A DNA stretch of 64,000 nucleotides from an uncultured Chloroflexia bacterium (lineage in GTDB: Bacteria > Chloroflexota > Limnocylindria > Limnocylindrales > CSP1-4): the NCBI GenBank assembly GCA_963802165.1, contig CAWDHT010000017.1, forward strand, positions 245,077-309,076. The letters run 5' to 3'. Each line of letters begins with the position of its first letter. Within the stretch, counting starts at the first letter, position 1. Below the pieces are notes generated by a model. It worked only from the letters and a program-made list of their open reading frames with translations, was not told where the DNA came from and did no database searches. The position numbers and the translations under genes are program-made. Shown one piece after another: positions 50,370 to 60,078 of this stretch.

Positions 50370-52064
50370 ATGCGCACCATCCGCCTCGCGCTCGCCGCCG
50401 CCGTCGCGGCCCTGGCCCTCGTGCCCGCCCTCGCCCTCGCCGCCGGACCCCCGTTCCCGGACCCGGTCGAGAACCAGGCCGTCTACGACACCGCGGGCGT
50501 CCTCGATGCCGCCACCATCACCAGGGTTGAGGCCGCCATCGACAGGATCGAGGCCGACACCGGCGCCGAGATCGTCGTCTACACCCAGCTCGCGCGCGAC
50601 GGCATCAGCAGCGGTGAGGCCGAGGCGCAGGCGATGGCGCTGATGGACCAGTGGGGCGTCGGCCGCGCCGGCGTCGATGACGGGCTGGTGATCCTGTTCG
50701 ACCTCCACGAGAGCGACCCGTGCCACGGCCAGGTCCAGCTCTACGCGGGTCCCGGGTTCCGGGAGGCCTGGCTCTCGAACGAGGACCGCCAGCGCATCTT
50801 CGAGAACGACATGCTCCCGTCGCTGCGTCAGTGCGACATGGACGGCGCGCTCCTCGCGGCCATGGACAAGATCTCGGCCGTCCCTGGAGCGAGGGTCCTC
50901 AACGCCATCCTCGGGCTGGTGCTGGCGCCGCTCATCCTGTTCGGTGTCATCGGCTTCGCGCTGTACCGCTGGTGGCGGAGCGGCAAGGACCCGGTCTATC
51001 TCGACGATCCCTCCATCCTCATGCCGGCCCCGCCGCCCGGGCTCACGCCGGCTGCCGGTGCCGCCGTTCGTGATGGCAAGGTCACGCGCCGGGCCCTCAC
51101 CGCGGCCAGCCTGGACCTCGCGGCCCGCGGTCGGATCGCGTTCCAGGCCGTGCCCAGCGAGGCGCTCCTCGGCGGCGACCCGGACCTCGGGATCTACACG
51201 CGGGACTCGCGACCGGAGGACCCCGTCGAGCAGGCACGGCTCGAGCGCGTCCGCCGCCGGCCGATGGACGACGCCACCGAATTCCTCCACCAGCGCCTGC
51301 GGGGCCTGGGTGGCGGCGACGGATACATCGAGCCCGATGACCTCCTCAAGCTCGGCACGGAGGTGGGGGACTTCGACTCGCGCCTCGAGAAGCACCTCGT
51401 CGCCCAGGGCTGGTTCCGCGAGGCACCGAGCAAGGTCACGGGACGCTGGTCCTGCAGCGGCATCCTGATGCTCGTCGGCGGCATCGCGGCGATCGTCCTG
51501 GGCGGCAACCTCCCGTCGAGCGGCATCCTCCTCGTCGGCATCGCGCTCATCGTCGCTGCGGTGTGCCTGTTCATCGTCGCGGCCGCGATGCCCGCGCGCA
51601 CGAAGGACGGGGCGGTGATCGTGGCCATGCTGGAGGCGTACCGGCGCACCCTCGAGAAGACGATGGCCATGTCCCGCTCGATGGGCCAGGTCGTTGAGAC
51701 CTCCGCGATCCCGCTGATCGAGGACCCCGACGACGCGGTCGTCTGGGGCGTGGCGCTGGGCCTCCAGGAGGAGGTCGAGGGCGTCCTCGCGCGGTCGGCG
51801 GAGGACCTGTCGACGGGCCGGTCCACGACGCCCTACCTGCCGCTGTGGTACGGGACCGGCGGCCTGCCGGGCAGGGGCGACTCCGGCTCCGGCGGCTGGG
51901 CACCCGGGATGATGAGCTCCTCGCCGATCCCCAACTTCGGCGGGATGATGGCCGCCTTGGGCACGATCGGGAACTCGCCCTCGTCGTCGGGTTCGGGAGG
52001 CGGCGGCGGCTTCTCGGGCGGAGGCTCAGGCGGGGGCGGGGGCGGCGCGGGCGGCGGCTTCTAG
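50370..52064 (+). CDS. TPM-domain/DUF2207-family membrane protein with Gly-rich tail
   Basis: Signal peptide, TPM domain (AVYDTAGVLD...IEADTGAEIVVYT), transmembrane segments and C-terminal ...GGGGGFSGGGSGGGGGGAGGGF. Confidence 0.7.
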   Translation: MRTIRLALAAAVAALALVPALALAAGPPFPDPVENQAVYDTAGVLDAATITRVEAAIDRIEADTGAEIVVYTQLARDGISSGEAEAQAMALMDQWGVGRAGVDDGLVILFDLHESDPCHGQVQLYAGPGFREAWLSNEDRQRIFENDMLPSLRQCDMDGALLAAMDKISAVPGARVLNAILGLVLAPLILFGVIGFALYRWWRSGKDPVYLDDPSILMPAPPPGLTPAAGAAVRDGKVTRRALTAASLDLAARGRIAFQAVPSEALLGGDPDLGIYTRDSRPEDPVEQARLERVRRRPMDDATEFLHQRLRGLGGGDGYIEPDDLLKLGTEVGDFDSRLEKHLVAQGWFREAPSKVTGRWSCSGILMLVGGIAAIVLGGNLPSSGILLVGIALIVAAVCLFIVAAAMPARTKDGAVIVAMLEAYRRTLEKTMAMSRSMGQVVETSAIPLIEDPDDAVVWGVALGLQEEVEGVLARSAEDLSTGRSTTPYLPLWYGTGGLPGRGDSGSGGWAPGMMSSSPIPNFGGMMAALGTIGNSPSSSGSGGGGGFSGGGSGGGGGGAGGGF

Positions 52065-52090
52065 GGGGTGCTCGGGGTACACTCGGCCCC

Positions 52091-52426
52091 ATGGGAGCTA
52101 CCGACACGATGGAGATCTTCTTCGAGCACCTCAACGACGGCGACGTGGACGCCGCCGTCGCGCTGATGGACGAGCGCGTCGAGATGCGCATCCACGTGGG
52201 CGACAACTCGCGGATGCTGCGCGGGGTGGAGCAGGTCGGCGGTTGGTTCCTGCGCGCCGACAAGGGGCTCAAGATGGTCCCGGGTGACGTACGCGACATG
52301 GGCAACACCTACCAGGCGGACCTGGTGGTCATCCGGCCGGGTGCGCCGAGCCAGCACCTCGACGCGCAGTTCCGGGTCGAGGCCGGCAAGGTCACCTCGA
52401 TCAACCTGACGCCCTTCTCCCGCTAG
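52091..52426 (+). CDS. SnoaL/NTF2-like small protein
   Basis: MGATDTMEIFFEHLNDGDVDAAVALMDERVEM... of 111 aa. Confidence 0.55.
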   Translation: MGATDTMEIFFEHLNDGDVDAAVALMDERVEMRIHVGDNSRMLRGVEQVGGWFLRADKGLKMVPGDVRDMGNTYQADLVVIRPGAPSQHLDAQFRVEAGKVTSINLTPFSR

Positions 52427-52483
52427 CCGCGGGCGCGGCGGGCGCCCGTCTCGGGGGCCAGTCGGCTCGCCGAACGCGGCCGG

Positions 52484-53734
52484 TCAGGGCGCCTGCGACT
52501 CCCCGCCCACCGTCCCGTCACCGCCAGCGGCCCCGTCCTCCTCGACGGGCACCGGGATCGTGATCTGGTCACCGATGGCGATCTTGTTCGGGTTCTTGAT
52601 CTGCGGGTTGGCGGTCATCAACTCCTCGACCGTCAGACCGAACTTCTTCGCGATCTTCGACATGGTGTCGCCCTTGGCGACGACGTAGACCTGCGGCGTT
52701 GGCGCCGGCGGCACCGTCGGTTCGGGCTCGGACGTCACCTGCTCCGTGGCCGCGGGCGTCGGCGTGGCGCCGGCACTCCCGCCATCGTCAGAGCCGAAGC
52801 CGAGCAAGGACGGCCCGAACAGGAACACGAGCAGCGCCGCGAGCAGCAGGAGCAACCCCCAGACCGCGACCTTCGGGATGCCACCCAGCGCGGGCAGACC
52901 CATCCGGGTACGCAGCGTCGGATACGCCTCGTACCGGCGCGGACGCTCCCAGGCGGGTCCGAACAGCTCCGATGGATCCTGCTCGACGGGCTTGCTCACC
53001 TGGTCCGCGGACGGACGTGGGGCGGCCTGCTGGCGGCGTGGCGGGGGCGCGGCGCGCGAAGCGCTGGCGGGCCGGGCGGTCGCCGAGCCGGCGACATAGG
53101 CGCCCGCGGCGGCCGCACCCGACGGCCACGCATCGTCCAGGTCGTCGTCCTGGCGGGCGGGGCCGCCCGGCGCGGCCGGGCGGGGCTCGTCCGGGTCCGG
53201 GCCAGCCAGTCGATCTGCGGCGCTGCCCGCGAGCCCGCCCGAATCGCTGCTCCAGGCCGCCGCACCTGCGGCAGCCATGCCCGCCGCGGCCGCACCTCCA
53301 GCCGCGCGCCCGTCCGGCTCGTCGCCAACCCACGGGGGCGGGGCGGCCCAGTCACGCTGGGTCGATCGCCGAGACGGGGGGTACGTTCCTGCCTGCTGCT
53401 CGTAGGGCGCCCGCGCCGGGGGCGGCACCGCGCGCGCCGGGGGCGGCACCGGCCGGCTCTCAAGGGGCTCATCTCGGGCCGCGGACTGGCTCCCGGGCAC
53501 CGGACGGGCGGCGGCGGCCTCGCGGCGGGCCCAGTCCTGGAACGTGGGGCAGACCGGGAACGCCGACGAGAGGCAGTACGCCTCCTGGTGCGCCAGCGCG
53601 CGTGGCGCCGGGCGCGGCTCCGCGAAGCAGCGGTGCCGGTGGTCGGGCGCCGTGGACCGGCCGTCGCGGTCGTCCTCGAACGCCACGAACGGGCAGGCCG
53701 GCGCGCCCTCGGTCGGGAGCCCTCGCTCGCTCAT
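52484..53734 (-). CDS. LysM-domain protein with Cys-containing N-terminus, Pro/Ala-rich linker and TM segment
   Basis: C-terminal LysM YVVAKGDTMSKIAKKFGLTVEELMTANPQIKNPNKIAIGDQITIP. N-terminal cysteines (CPFVAF...HRHRCF...AYCLSSAFPVCPTF) may bind zinc. Confidence 0.7.
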   Translation of the reverse strand: MSERGLPTEGAPACPFVAFEDDRDGRSTAPDHRHRCFAEPRPAPRALAHQEAYCLSSAFPVCPTFQDWARREAAAARPVPGSQSAARDEPLESRPVPPPARAVPPPARAPYEQQAGTYPPSRRSTQRDWAAPPPWVGDEPDGRAAGGAAAAGMAAAGAAAWSSDSGGLAGSAADRLAGPDPDEPRPAAPGGPARQDDDLDDAWPSGAAAAGAYVAGSATARPASASRAAPPPRRQQAAPRPSADQVSKPVEQDPSELFGPAWERPRRYEAYPTLRTRMGLPALGGIPKVAVWGLLLLLAALLVFLFGPSLLGFGSDDGGSAGATPTPAATEQVTSEPEPTVPPAPTPQVYVVAKGDTMSKIAKKFGLTVEELMTANPQIKNPNKIAIGDQITIPVPVEEDGAAGGDGTVGGESQAP

Positions 53735-53931
53735 CGGCGCGATGATACCCGTCCCGTCCGGCCCGGTCCGGTGGGTCTGGCTCGGGCCGGTGCTCGTGCA
53801 CGGCGTTCGCCTGCGTCACGAACGCCCGGCATGGCTTGCACGATCGTGTCGCCTCGCGCACGATCGGAGCGTCGGCGTGGGTTGGTCCACGCGGATCAAA
53901 CGGTCCCCTGGCGCACCCGGGGTGCAGCAGC

Positions 53932-54328
53932 TATGGACCTCTCCGTCCTTCTCGGGGTCCTCGTGGGGCTCCTCGGCGCCTGGGCGCTCCTTGTGCTGGC
54001 GCTCTGGGTGTTCCGCCCGCGTGACGTCCGCGCCGCCGACCTCGTGCGCGTCGTGCCCGACGTGCTGCGGCTCGTCCGCGACCTCCTGGCAGACCGCGCA
54101 GTGCCTCTTGGGGTCCGCATCTCACTGGTCACTCTGCTCGCCTGGCTCGTGAGCCCGATCGACCTGATCCCGGAGTTCATCCCGGTGCTCGGGCCGATCG
54201 ATGACGTGGTCGTCGCCGTCATCGTCCTGCGCTACGTGCGGCGGCGGTTGGGCGAAGACGACCTTCGTCGCCGGTGGCGAGGCACGCCGGAAGGGTTCGA
54301 CCTCCTGACCGGCATCCTGGGCAGCTGA
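53932..54328 (+). CDS. DUF1232 (YkvA-like) membrane protein
   Basis: ...PIDLIPEFIPVLGPIDDVVVAVIVLRYV... signature. Confidence 0.7.
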
Positions 54329-54456
54329 CGGGGGCGCATGGCGAGGCCGGGTGTTTGACAGCCCCGGGTCCCGCCCGGACACTTTGGGGACCGGGGCCAC
54401 GCCACGGCCCCATTGGCGGCATGGCCCGCCACCCCGCTGCCCGGAGGTCGCCCCAG

Positions 54457-54888
54457 ATGTCCTTCCTCACCCGAATCCTGGCCCCCAGGACCGTCGCCCA
54501 CGCGCACTGCGACCTTCCCTGCGGTGTCTACGATCCCGAGCAGGCCCGGATCGAGGCCGAGTCCTGTTTCCGCATCATCCAGCGCTATGAGGCCTCGCAG
54601 GATCCCACCTTCCGCACCCGCGCCATCAAGATCAAGGAAGACCGCGCGGAGCTGGTGAAGCACCACCTCGACGTCCTGTGGCACGACTACTTCAAGCCCG
54701 AGCATCTCGAGGCCGTCCCCAACCTGCACGAGCTGTTCTGGAACGCGACCAAGCAGGCGAGCAAGGTCAAGGCCAGCACGGACCTCGCGGACGCCCAGGC
54801 GCTGCTGGACATGATCGACGAGGTTGACGCGGCCTGGAAGGCGACCGGCGGCGAGGGCAAGACCCGCGTGGCCGGCCGCCCCGGCTGA
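54457..54888 (+). CDS. sodN: Nickel-containing superoxide dismutase precursor
   Basis: Leader MSFLTRILAPRTVA followed by the Ni-hook HCDLPCGVYDP. GGAGGT ribosome-binding site 8 nt upstream. Confidence 0.9.
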   Translation: MSFLTRILAPRTVAHAHCDLPCGVYDPEQARIEAESCFRIIQRYEASQDPTFRTRAIKIKEDRAELVKHHLDVLWHDYFKPEHLEAVPNLHELFWNATKQASKVKASTDLADAQALLDMIDEVDAAWKATGGEGKTRVAGRPG

Positions 54889-54941
54889 TCTCCCCCGTCC
54901 ATGCGCCATCCCGGGGCCCCGTCGCAGGACGGGGCCTCGTC

Positions 54942-55463
54942 GTGCCCGGGCGGTGCTCGGTGAGCGGCCACGCCGCCCCGGTGCGAGGTCCCTGGCGGGT
55001 CGTCGTGGCGGAGGGCTCCATGCGTCCGGCGATCGAGCCGGGCGACTGGCTCCTGGTGGACCCGACGACAACGCGGTGGCCCCGTCGCGGGTGCGTCGTG
55101 GTGTTCCGGGAGCCGTTCACGGGCATCCTCGCGATCAAGCGGGTCGCCGCGCGACCCGGCGACTGGGTCCCGTTCGCCGACGGATGGCTGCAGCTGGGAG
55201 ATGACGAAGCCTGGCTCCTCGGCGACGCCTCCGACGAGGCGCTGGAGGCCGCCGGTCACGGCGGCGCCATCGACTCCCGCCGGTACGGGCCGGTGCCGGT
55301 CGAGGCGCTCGCGGGGCGGGCGTGGTTCCGGTATGGACCCGCGAGGCGCGTCGGCCGGATCGGACCCCAACCCACGGACCTGCTGGAACGGGGTCGGGGC
55401 GGCAACATCCCCGCTGAGGGACCGCCCTTCGCGGACCCCACGGACGACCCCACGGACACCTAG
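54942..55463 (+). CDS. sodX: NiSOD maturation peptidase (S26 signal-peptidase family)
   Basis: EGSMRPAIEPGDWLLVD (Ser nucleophile) and IKRVAARPGDWV (Lys general base). Directly downstream of sodN. Confidence 0.8.
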   Translation: MPGRCSVSGHAAPVRGPWRVVVAEGSMRPAIEPGDWLLVDPTTTRWPRRGCVVVFREPFTGILAIKRVAARPGDWVPFADGWLQLGDDEAWLLGDASDEALEAAGHGGAIDSRRYGPVPVEALAGRAWFRYGPARRVGRIGPQPTDLLERGRGGNIPAEGPPFADPTDDPTDT

Positions 55464-56446
55464 CGCCCGAGCAGCGTCTCCGCGGCCAGGTCGATCATGT
55501 CCAGGTCGCGCGGGATGAAGTCCTGGAGCATCAGCCGCTCCACGCCAACCGCCGCGAACCTCCAGACCGTCTCGCGCGCCTCGTCGGGCGTGCCCAGCAC
55601 CCAGCGCGGCCGGCGGGTCGCCAACCACGCCTCGGACTCGTCGTCCGCGCCGCCGAAGACCGCCATCAGGTCGCGTTCACGCCGCTTGAGCTCCGCCTCG
55701 TCTCGGCCGACCAGCACCCCGGCCATCACGGAGTGGACCAGGGTCGTCGGCTCGCGCCCGGCCGCGCGACAGGCGTCGTCGAGCTGCGCGAACTTGACCG
55801 CCGCGCCGTCCGGGCTGGTCGAGGAGAGGTTGAACTCGTCCGCGTAGCGGGCCGCGATCCGGAACGAGCGCGCCGTTCCCTGCCCGCCCACGAGGATGTT
55901 CGGGTGGCGGCCATCCCGCCCCGGGAGCGAGGCCGGCTTGGGCCGGAACAGCGCATCCTCCACGGCGTAGTGCCGGCCCGTGAACGACCAGCCATCGGGC
56001 TCGTCCCACAACCCGTGAACGATCTCCAGCGTCTCCTCGAGCATCTCCGCCCGCTCCCCGATCTCGGGGAACGGGAACCCGTGCCGGCGGTGCTCGTCCT
56101 CGTGCCAGCCGGCGCCCAGGCCCAGCTCGACGCGGCCGCCACTCAGCTCGTCCGCGGTGGCCACCACCTTGGCCAGGTTGCCGGGGGTCCGGAATGTGAC
56201 CGGCGACACCAGCACGCCGAGGCCGATCCGCTGCGTGTCGCGCGCCAGCCCCGCGACCACGGTCCAGGCGTCGGTGGTGTGCCCGCCCGAATCGCCCGGG
56301 AAGCTCTCGTAGTGGTCGGACCGGAACAGGGTCTCGAAGCCGGCCGCCTCGGCGCGATGGGCGATCGCCAGCTGCTCGTCGTAGGTGAGGCCCATCTGGG
56401 GCTCGATCATGAGGGCGAAGCGCACCGGTGATCCTCCGTGTGTCAC
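55460..56446 (-). CDS. LLM-class F420-dependent oxidoreductase (luciferase-like)
   Basis: ...FETLFRSDHY...GGRVELGLGAGW...ILVGGQGTARSFRIAARYADEFN... Confidence 0.75.
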   Translation of the reverse strand: MTHGGSPVRFALMIEPQMGLTYDEQLAIAHRAEAAGFETLFRSDHYESFPGDSGGHTTDAWTVVAGLARDTQRIGLGVLVSPVTFRTPGNLAKVVATADELSGGRVELGLGAGWHEDEHRRHGFPFPEIGERAEMLEETLEIVHGLWDEPDGWSFTGRHYAVEDALFRPKPASLPGRDGRHPNILVGGQGTARSFRIAARYADEFNLSSTSPDGAAVKFAQLDDACRAAGREPTTLVHSVMAGVLVGRDEAELKRRERDLMAVFGGADDESEAWLATRRPRWVLGTPDEARETVWRFAAVGVERLMLQDFIPRDLDMIDLAAETLLGR

Positions 56447-56496
56447 GAACAGTCCGACTTGACAGAACTATTCGTATGACGTAAATACTTCATGCC
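56447..56496 (+). promoter_or_regulatory. Sigma-70-like promoter for the marR-MFS operon: TTGACA, 17 nt spacer, TAAATA
   Basis: cTTGACAgaactattcgtatgacgTAAATActtcatgccATG, about 9 nt from the MarR start. An overlapping imperfect inverted repeat (TCACGAAca..TTCGTaTGAC) is a candidate operator. Confidence 0.4.
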
Positions 56497-57054
56497 ATGA
56501 GAACCATCACCACGGACACAACCGGCGACGCCCGCCGCGCGGCGGCAGAGGACGCCGTCGCCGCCCTCGGCCGCGCCGTCGGCTCGCTCCGGTGCGCCGG
56601 CTCACAGCGCCTCGTGCGGCTTGGTATCAGCATGACCCATTTCCATGTCCTGACGCTGCTGCGTCACCACGATGCCATGCCCATGGGCCGCCTGGCCGAG
56701 ATCCTGGATGCCTCGATGTCGAGCGCCACCGGGATCATCGACCGCATGGAGGAGCGCGGGCTCGTGGAGCGTGTCCGTGTCCCGGATGATCGCCGGATCG
56801 TCCTCGTGCGACCCACGCAGGCCGGCCTCGATCTCGTGGACGAGGCGGAGCTCGTCAAGAGCGCCGTGATCACGTCCGCCCTGGAGCGCATGACGGTCGA
56901 ACAGCTCGAACGGCTCTCCGGCGCGACCACCGACCTCCGCACCGCCATCGAGACCGAGCTCGCGGCCTCGGCCGAGCGCTACGCCGACCTCGCGCCGTGC
57001 TCGCACGCGGGCCACGTCCCCCTCCATTCGCGGCCCGGCCGCGCCGGCGCCTGA
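56497..57054 (+). CDS. MarR-family transcriptional regulator
   Basis: ...MTHFHVLTLLRHHDAMPMGRLAEILDASMSSATGIIDRMEERGLVERVRVPDDRRIVLVRPT... Confidence 0.8.
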   Translation: MRTITTDTTGDARRAAAEDAVAALGRAVGSLRCAGSQRLVRLGISMTHFHVLTLLRHHDAMPMGRLAEILDASMSSATGIIDRMEERGLVERVRVPDDRRIVLVRPTQAGLDLVDEAELVKSAVITSALERMTVEQLERLSGATTDLRTAIETELAASAERYADLAPCSHAGHVPLHSRPGRAGA

Positions 57055-57077
57055 CGAAAGGAACCCACTTGGAAGCC

Positions 57078-58796
57078 ATGCCCACGGCGCACGACGAGGC
57101 CCCCACCCACGGCCTCGGCGCCCTCGACCTCCCCCATCGGGCGAAGATGGAGATCCTCTTCGCCATCCTGCTCGGCCTGTTCCTGGGCGCGCTCGACCAG
57201 ACCATCGTCGCGGTCGCGCTGCCCACCATCGTGACGGACCTCGGCGGCCAGTCACTGCTGACCTGGACGATCACGATCTACCTGCTCGCGTCGACGATCA
57301 CGGTGCCGTTCTACGGCAAGCTGTCCGACCTGTACGGCCGCAAGCCGTTGCTGATGATCGGCATCACGATCTTCCTGATCGGCTCGGCGCTCTCGGGCCT
57401 CAGCCAGAACATGACCCAGCTGATCATCTTCCGGGGCATCCAGGGCCTCGGTGCCGGAGCGCTGTTCCCCATCAGCCTCGCGGTCATCGGCGACCTGTTC
57501 ACGCCCCAGGAGCGCGGCAGGTACCAGGGCCTGTTCGGGGCCGTGTTCGGCGTCGCGGCCATCCTCGGCCCGCTCCTCGGCGGCTTCCTCACCGAGAACT
57601 GGTCGTGGCACCTGATCTTCTTCATCAACATCCCGATCGGCATCGTGGCCCTGGTGGTCATCGGTCGCCTGCTGCCGACGGTCAAGCGCCCCGACGCGTC
57701 CCACAACTTCGACTACCTGGGCGGGGCCGTGTTCACGGTCGCCGTGGCGTCCTTCCTGGTCGGGCTCACCAACAAGCAGAGCAATGACTGGGGGACCTTC
57801 GCCGTGAGTGGCCTGATCCTCATCGGCCTCGCGCTGTGGGTGGTGTTCGTGCTCATCGAGTCCCGGGCAAAGGAGCCGATCGTCCCGCTCGGCCTGTGGA
57901 AGGACCGGACCTACGCGTCCTCGATCATCGCCACGTTCCTGGTGAGCATCGGGTTCTTCGCGGCAGCCGTCTTCCTGCCGCAGTGGTTCCAGTTCGTGCA
58001 GGGCGCCACGCCCACCGACTCGGGGCTCTACACGCTGGCGCTCCTGGCCGGCCTCATCATCAGCTCCGTGGGATCCGGGATCCTCGTGTCCAGGACCGGC
58101 AAGTACAAGCCGGTCATCATGGCCGGCCTGGCCGTCATGGCGGTGGGCCTGTACCTGATGTCCAACATCCGGGCGGACACGCCGCTGCCCGTCCTGTGGA
58201 CGTGGATGTTCATCACCGGCATCGGCATCGGGCCGACGCTCGGGGTGTTCACGATCGTGGTGCAGAACGCCGTGCCGATGCGTTCGCTCGGCGTCGCCAC
58301 CTCGAACCTCACGTTCTTCCGCCAGATCGGTGGATCGGTCGGCCTGGCCGCCCTTGGGACCGTGCTCGCCACGAGGCTGGCCGACGAGATCCCGGTCCAG
58401 ATCGCGGCCGCCGGCGTGCCGAAGCAGATGGTCGAGCAGTTCACCAGCCAGGGCGGCGGGAACGCCACCAGCTTCTTCGAGGTCGGCAAGGACTTGGGGG
58501 CGACGCTGCTGGCGGCGATCCCGCCGCAGTTCCAGGAGGCCGTCAAGCCGATCATCCCGAACATCGTGTTCGGGATCCACCAGGCCTTCAGCCTGGCGGT
58601 CGGCCAGGTGTTCCTGATCGGCGTCGGCAGCACGATCGGCGCGCTCCTCGTCGTCACCCTGTTCATGCGCCAGGTCCCGCTCCGCGCGGGCGCACCGCGC
58701 CAGAACCTGGTGGCCGAGACGATCGAGGAGTCGCAGGCCGCCGGCGCGGGCGTCCCATCCGACCCCGGCGTGATGCCGGAGCCCGCGCTGGACTGA
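57078..58796 (+). CDS. MFS transporter, DHA2 (EmrB/QacA, 14-TMS) drug-efflux family
   Basis: ...LGALDQTIVAVALPTIVTDLGG...YGKLSDLYGRKP... motifs with 14 predicted TM helices. Downstream of marR. Confidence 0.85.
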   Translation: MPTAHDEAPTHGLGALDLPHRAKMEILFAILLGLFLGALDQTIVAVALPTIVTDLGGQSLLTWTITIYLLASTITVPFYGKLSDLYGRKPLLMIGITIFLIGSALSGLSQNMTQLIIFRGIQGLGAGALFPISLAVIGDLFTPQERGRYQGLFGAVFGVAAILGPLLGGFLTENWSWHLIFFINIPIGIVALVVIGRLLPTVKRPDASHNFDYLGGAVFTVAVASFLVGLTNKQSNDWGTFAVSGLILIGLALWVVFVLIESRAKEPIVPLGLWKDRTYASSIIATFLVSIGFFAAAVFLPQWFQFVQGATPTDSGLYTLALLAGLIISSVGSGILVSRTGKYKPVIMAGLAVMAVGLYLMSNIRADTPLPVLWTWMFITGIGIGPTLGVFTIVVQNAVPMRSLGVATSNLTFFRQIGGSVGLAALGTVLATRLADEIPVQIAAAGVPKQMVEQFTSQGGGNATSFFEVGKDLGATLLAAIPPQFQEAVKPIIPNIVFGIHQAFSLAVGQVFLIGVGSTIGALLVVTLFMRQVPLRAGAPRQNLVAETIEESQAAGAGVPSDPGVMPEPALD

Positions 58797-58875
58797 CCTC
58801 CACTTCGCTGCACTCCGCGGCCCGGCCGACCTCCTCCCGGCCGGGCCGCTCCATGTCCCGCGCTACCATCGGCGC

Positions 58876-59352
58876 GTGACCGACCTGCTCCCCTTCCCGC
58901 CCGGGCTCATCGCCCCGGGCGCCGTCGACGTCCCCTTCCGCGCGGCTCTTCCACTTGCGGACCTGCCTCCCGGTGCCCTGCGTCGCGTGACCTTCGGCGA
59001 GGCCGACGTCCTCGTGGCACACACCGACCTGGGCCTGTGCGCCGTGGACGACCGCTGTCCGCACATGAGCGCCCCGCTCTCGATCGGCAGCCTCGACGGG
59101 TGCGTGGTGGCCTGCCCGCTCCACGGCGGCCGGTTCGATCTCGCCTCCGGCGACCCGGTCCAGATGCCCACGACCGGCGGCCTCCGTCCCGACGGCACCT
59201 ACGAGCCGGTGTGGACCCCGCCGGGCCGCGAGCCCAAGGAGGACCCGCCCGGGCCCAAGGCCGAGGCCCGCCGCCTGACCCGGGTCCGCCGCTTCCGCTA
59301 CTACCCGGTCCGCGTCGTGGACGGGATGATCGAGGTTGCCGTCCCGGCCTGA
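58876..59352 (+). CDS. Rieske [2Fe-2S] domain protein
   Basis: CPHMSAPL...CPLHGGRF is a CxH...CxxH Rieske ligand set. Confidence 0.75.
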   Translation: MTDLLPFPPGLIAPGAVDVPFRAALPLADLPPGALRRVTFGEADVLVAHTDLGLCAVDDRCPHMSAPLSIGSLDGCVVACPLHGGRFDLASGDPVQMPTTGGLRPDGTYEPVWTPPGREPKEDPPGPKAEARRLTRVRRFRYYPVRVVDGMIEVAVPA

Positions 59353-59487
59353 TCGCGTCCGAACGGCTGCCGGCATGAGCGCCTTCACATCCGTGGCACA
59401 CCGGGTCCACGTGGTCCTGGGGCGACAGTAGGGTTCTCGGACGGCCGACAAGCGGCCGCTCCTCGCTCACCGGAGATCCTTACCGCC

Positions 59488-59898
59488 ATGTCCTTGTCGA
59501 CCACGGCCACCCGATCGGTGGCCCGCCCCACCGCCATCACCGTATCCACGCTTGTCCTGCTCGGCGCCGCCGGCCTCGTCGCCAGCGCTGCCATCCACAT
59601 CGCCGACGCTCCCGACACCTTCGGGGATGCGACCTACCTGGGCCTCGCGTTCGTTGCCCAGGGCCTGGCGTCGGTGATGGCGGCTGTGCTCGCCGTCCGC
59701 GGTTCGAGGCTCGGTCTCGTGGGAGGCCTCGCGCTCGCCGGGGCGTCGATCGTGATGTACACGATCAGCCGGACGATCGGCCTACCGGGTCAGGCCGACG
59801 AGGTCTGGCTGGAGCCGGCAGGCCTGGTCGCCCTGGCCGCGGAGGCCCTCACCGTCGTGACCTTCGGCGCCGCGCTGCTCACGTCGCGTCGACGCTGA
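59488..59898 (+). CDS. Hypothetical membrane protein (4 TM)
   Basis: Hydrophobic 136-aa ORF (...VSTLVLLGAAGLVASAAIHIADAP...). Confidence 0.45.
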   Translation: MSLSTTATRSVARPTAITVSTLVLLGAAGLVASAAIHIADAPDTFGDATYLGLAFVAQGLASVMAAVLAVRGSRLGLVGGLALAGASIVMYTISRTIGLPGQADEVWLEPAGLVALAAEALTVVTFGAALLTSRRR

Positions 59899-60078
59899 CA
59901 CCACCACACGCTCCACCGGACGCTCCCTCGCAGCTGCGTCCGTGGGTCCCGGCGCCGGTCCCGGGTCGACATGGCCGGGCACTGCTCCTCCCGGCGCGTC
60001 CGCCCAGCGGACGCGCCGCCTCCATGTCCGGGACCCGCGCTGCGGTGTGGATCCGTCGCCGGCTCGCCCCGGCCTGGG

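Noticed and set aside
59353-59487. 135-bp gap between the Rieske and membrane-protein genes, checked for a small RNA or tRNA
   Set aside because: No cloverleaf or conserved motif is recognisable. It is probably an ordinary promoter region.
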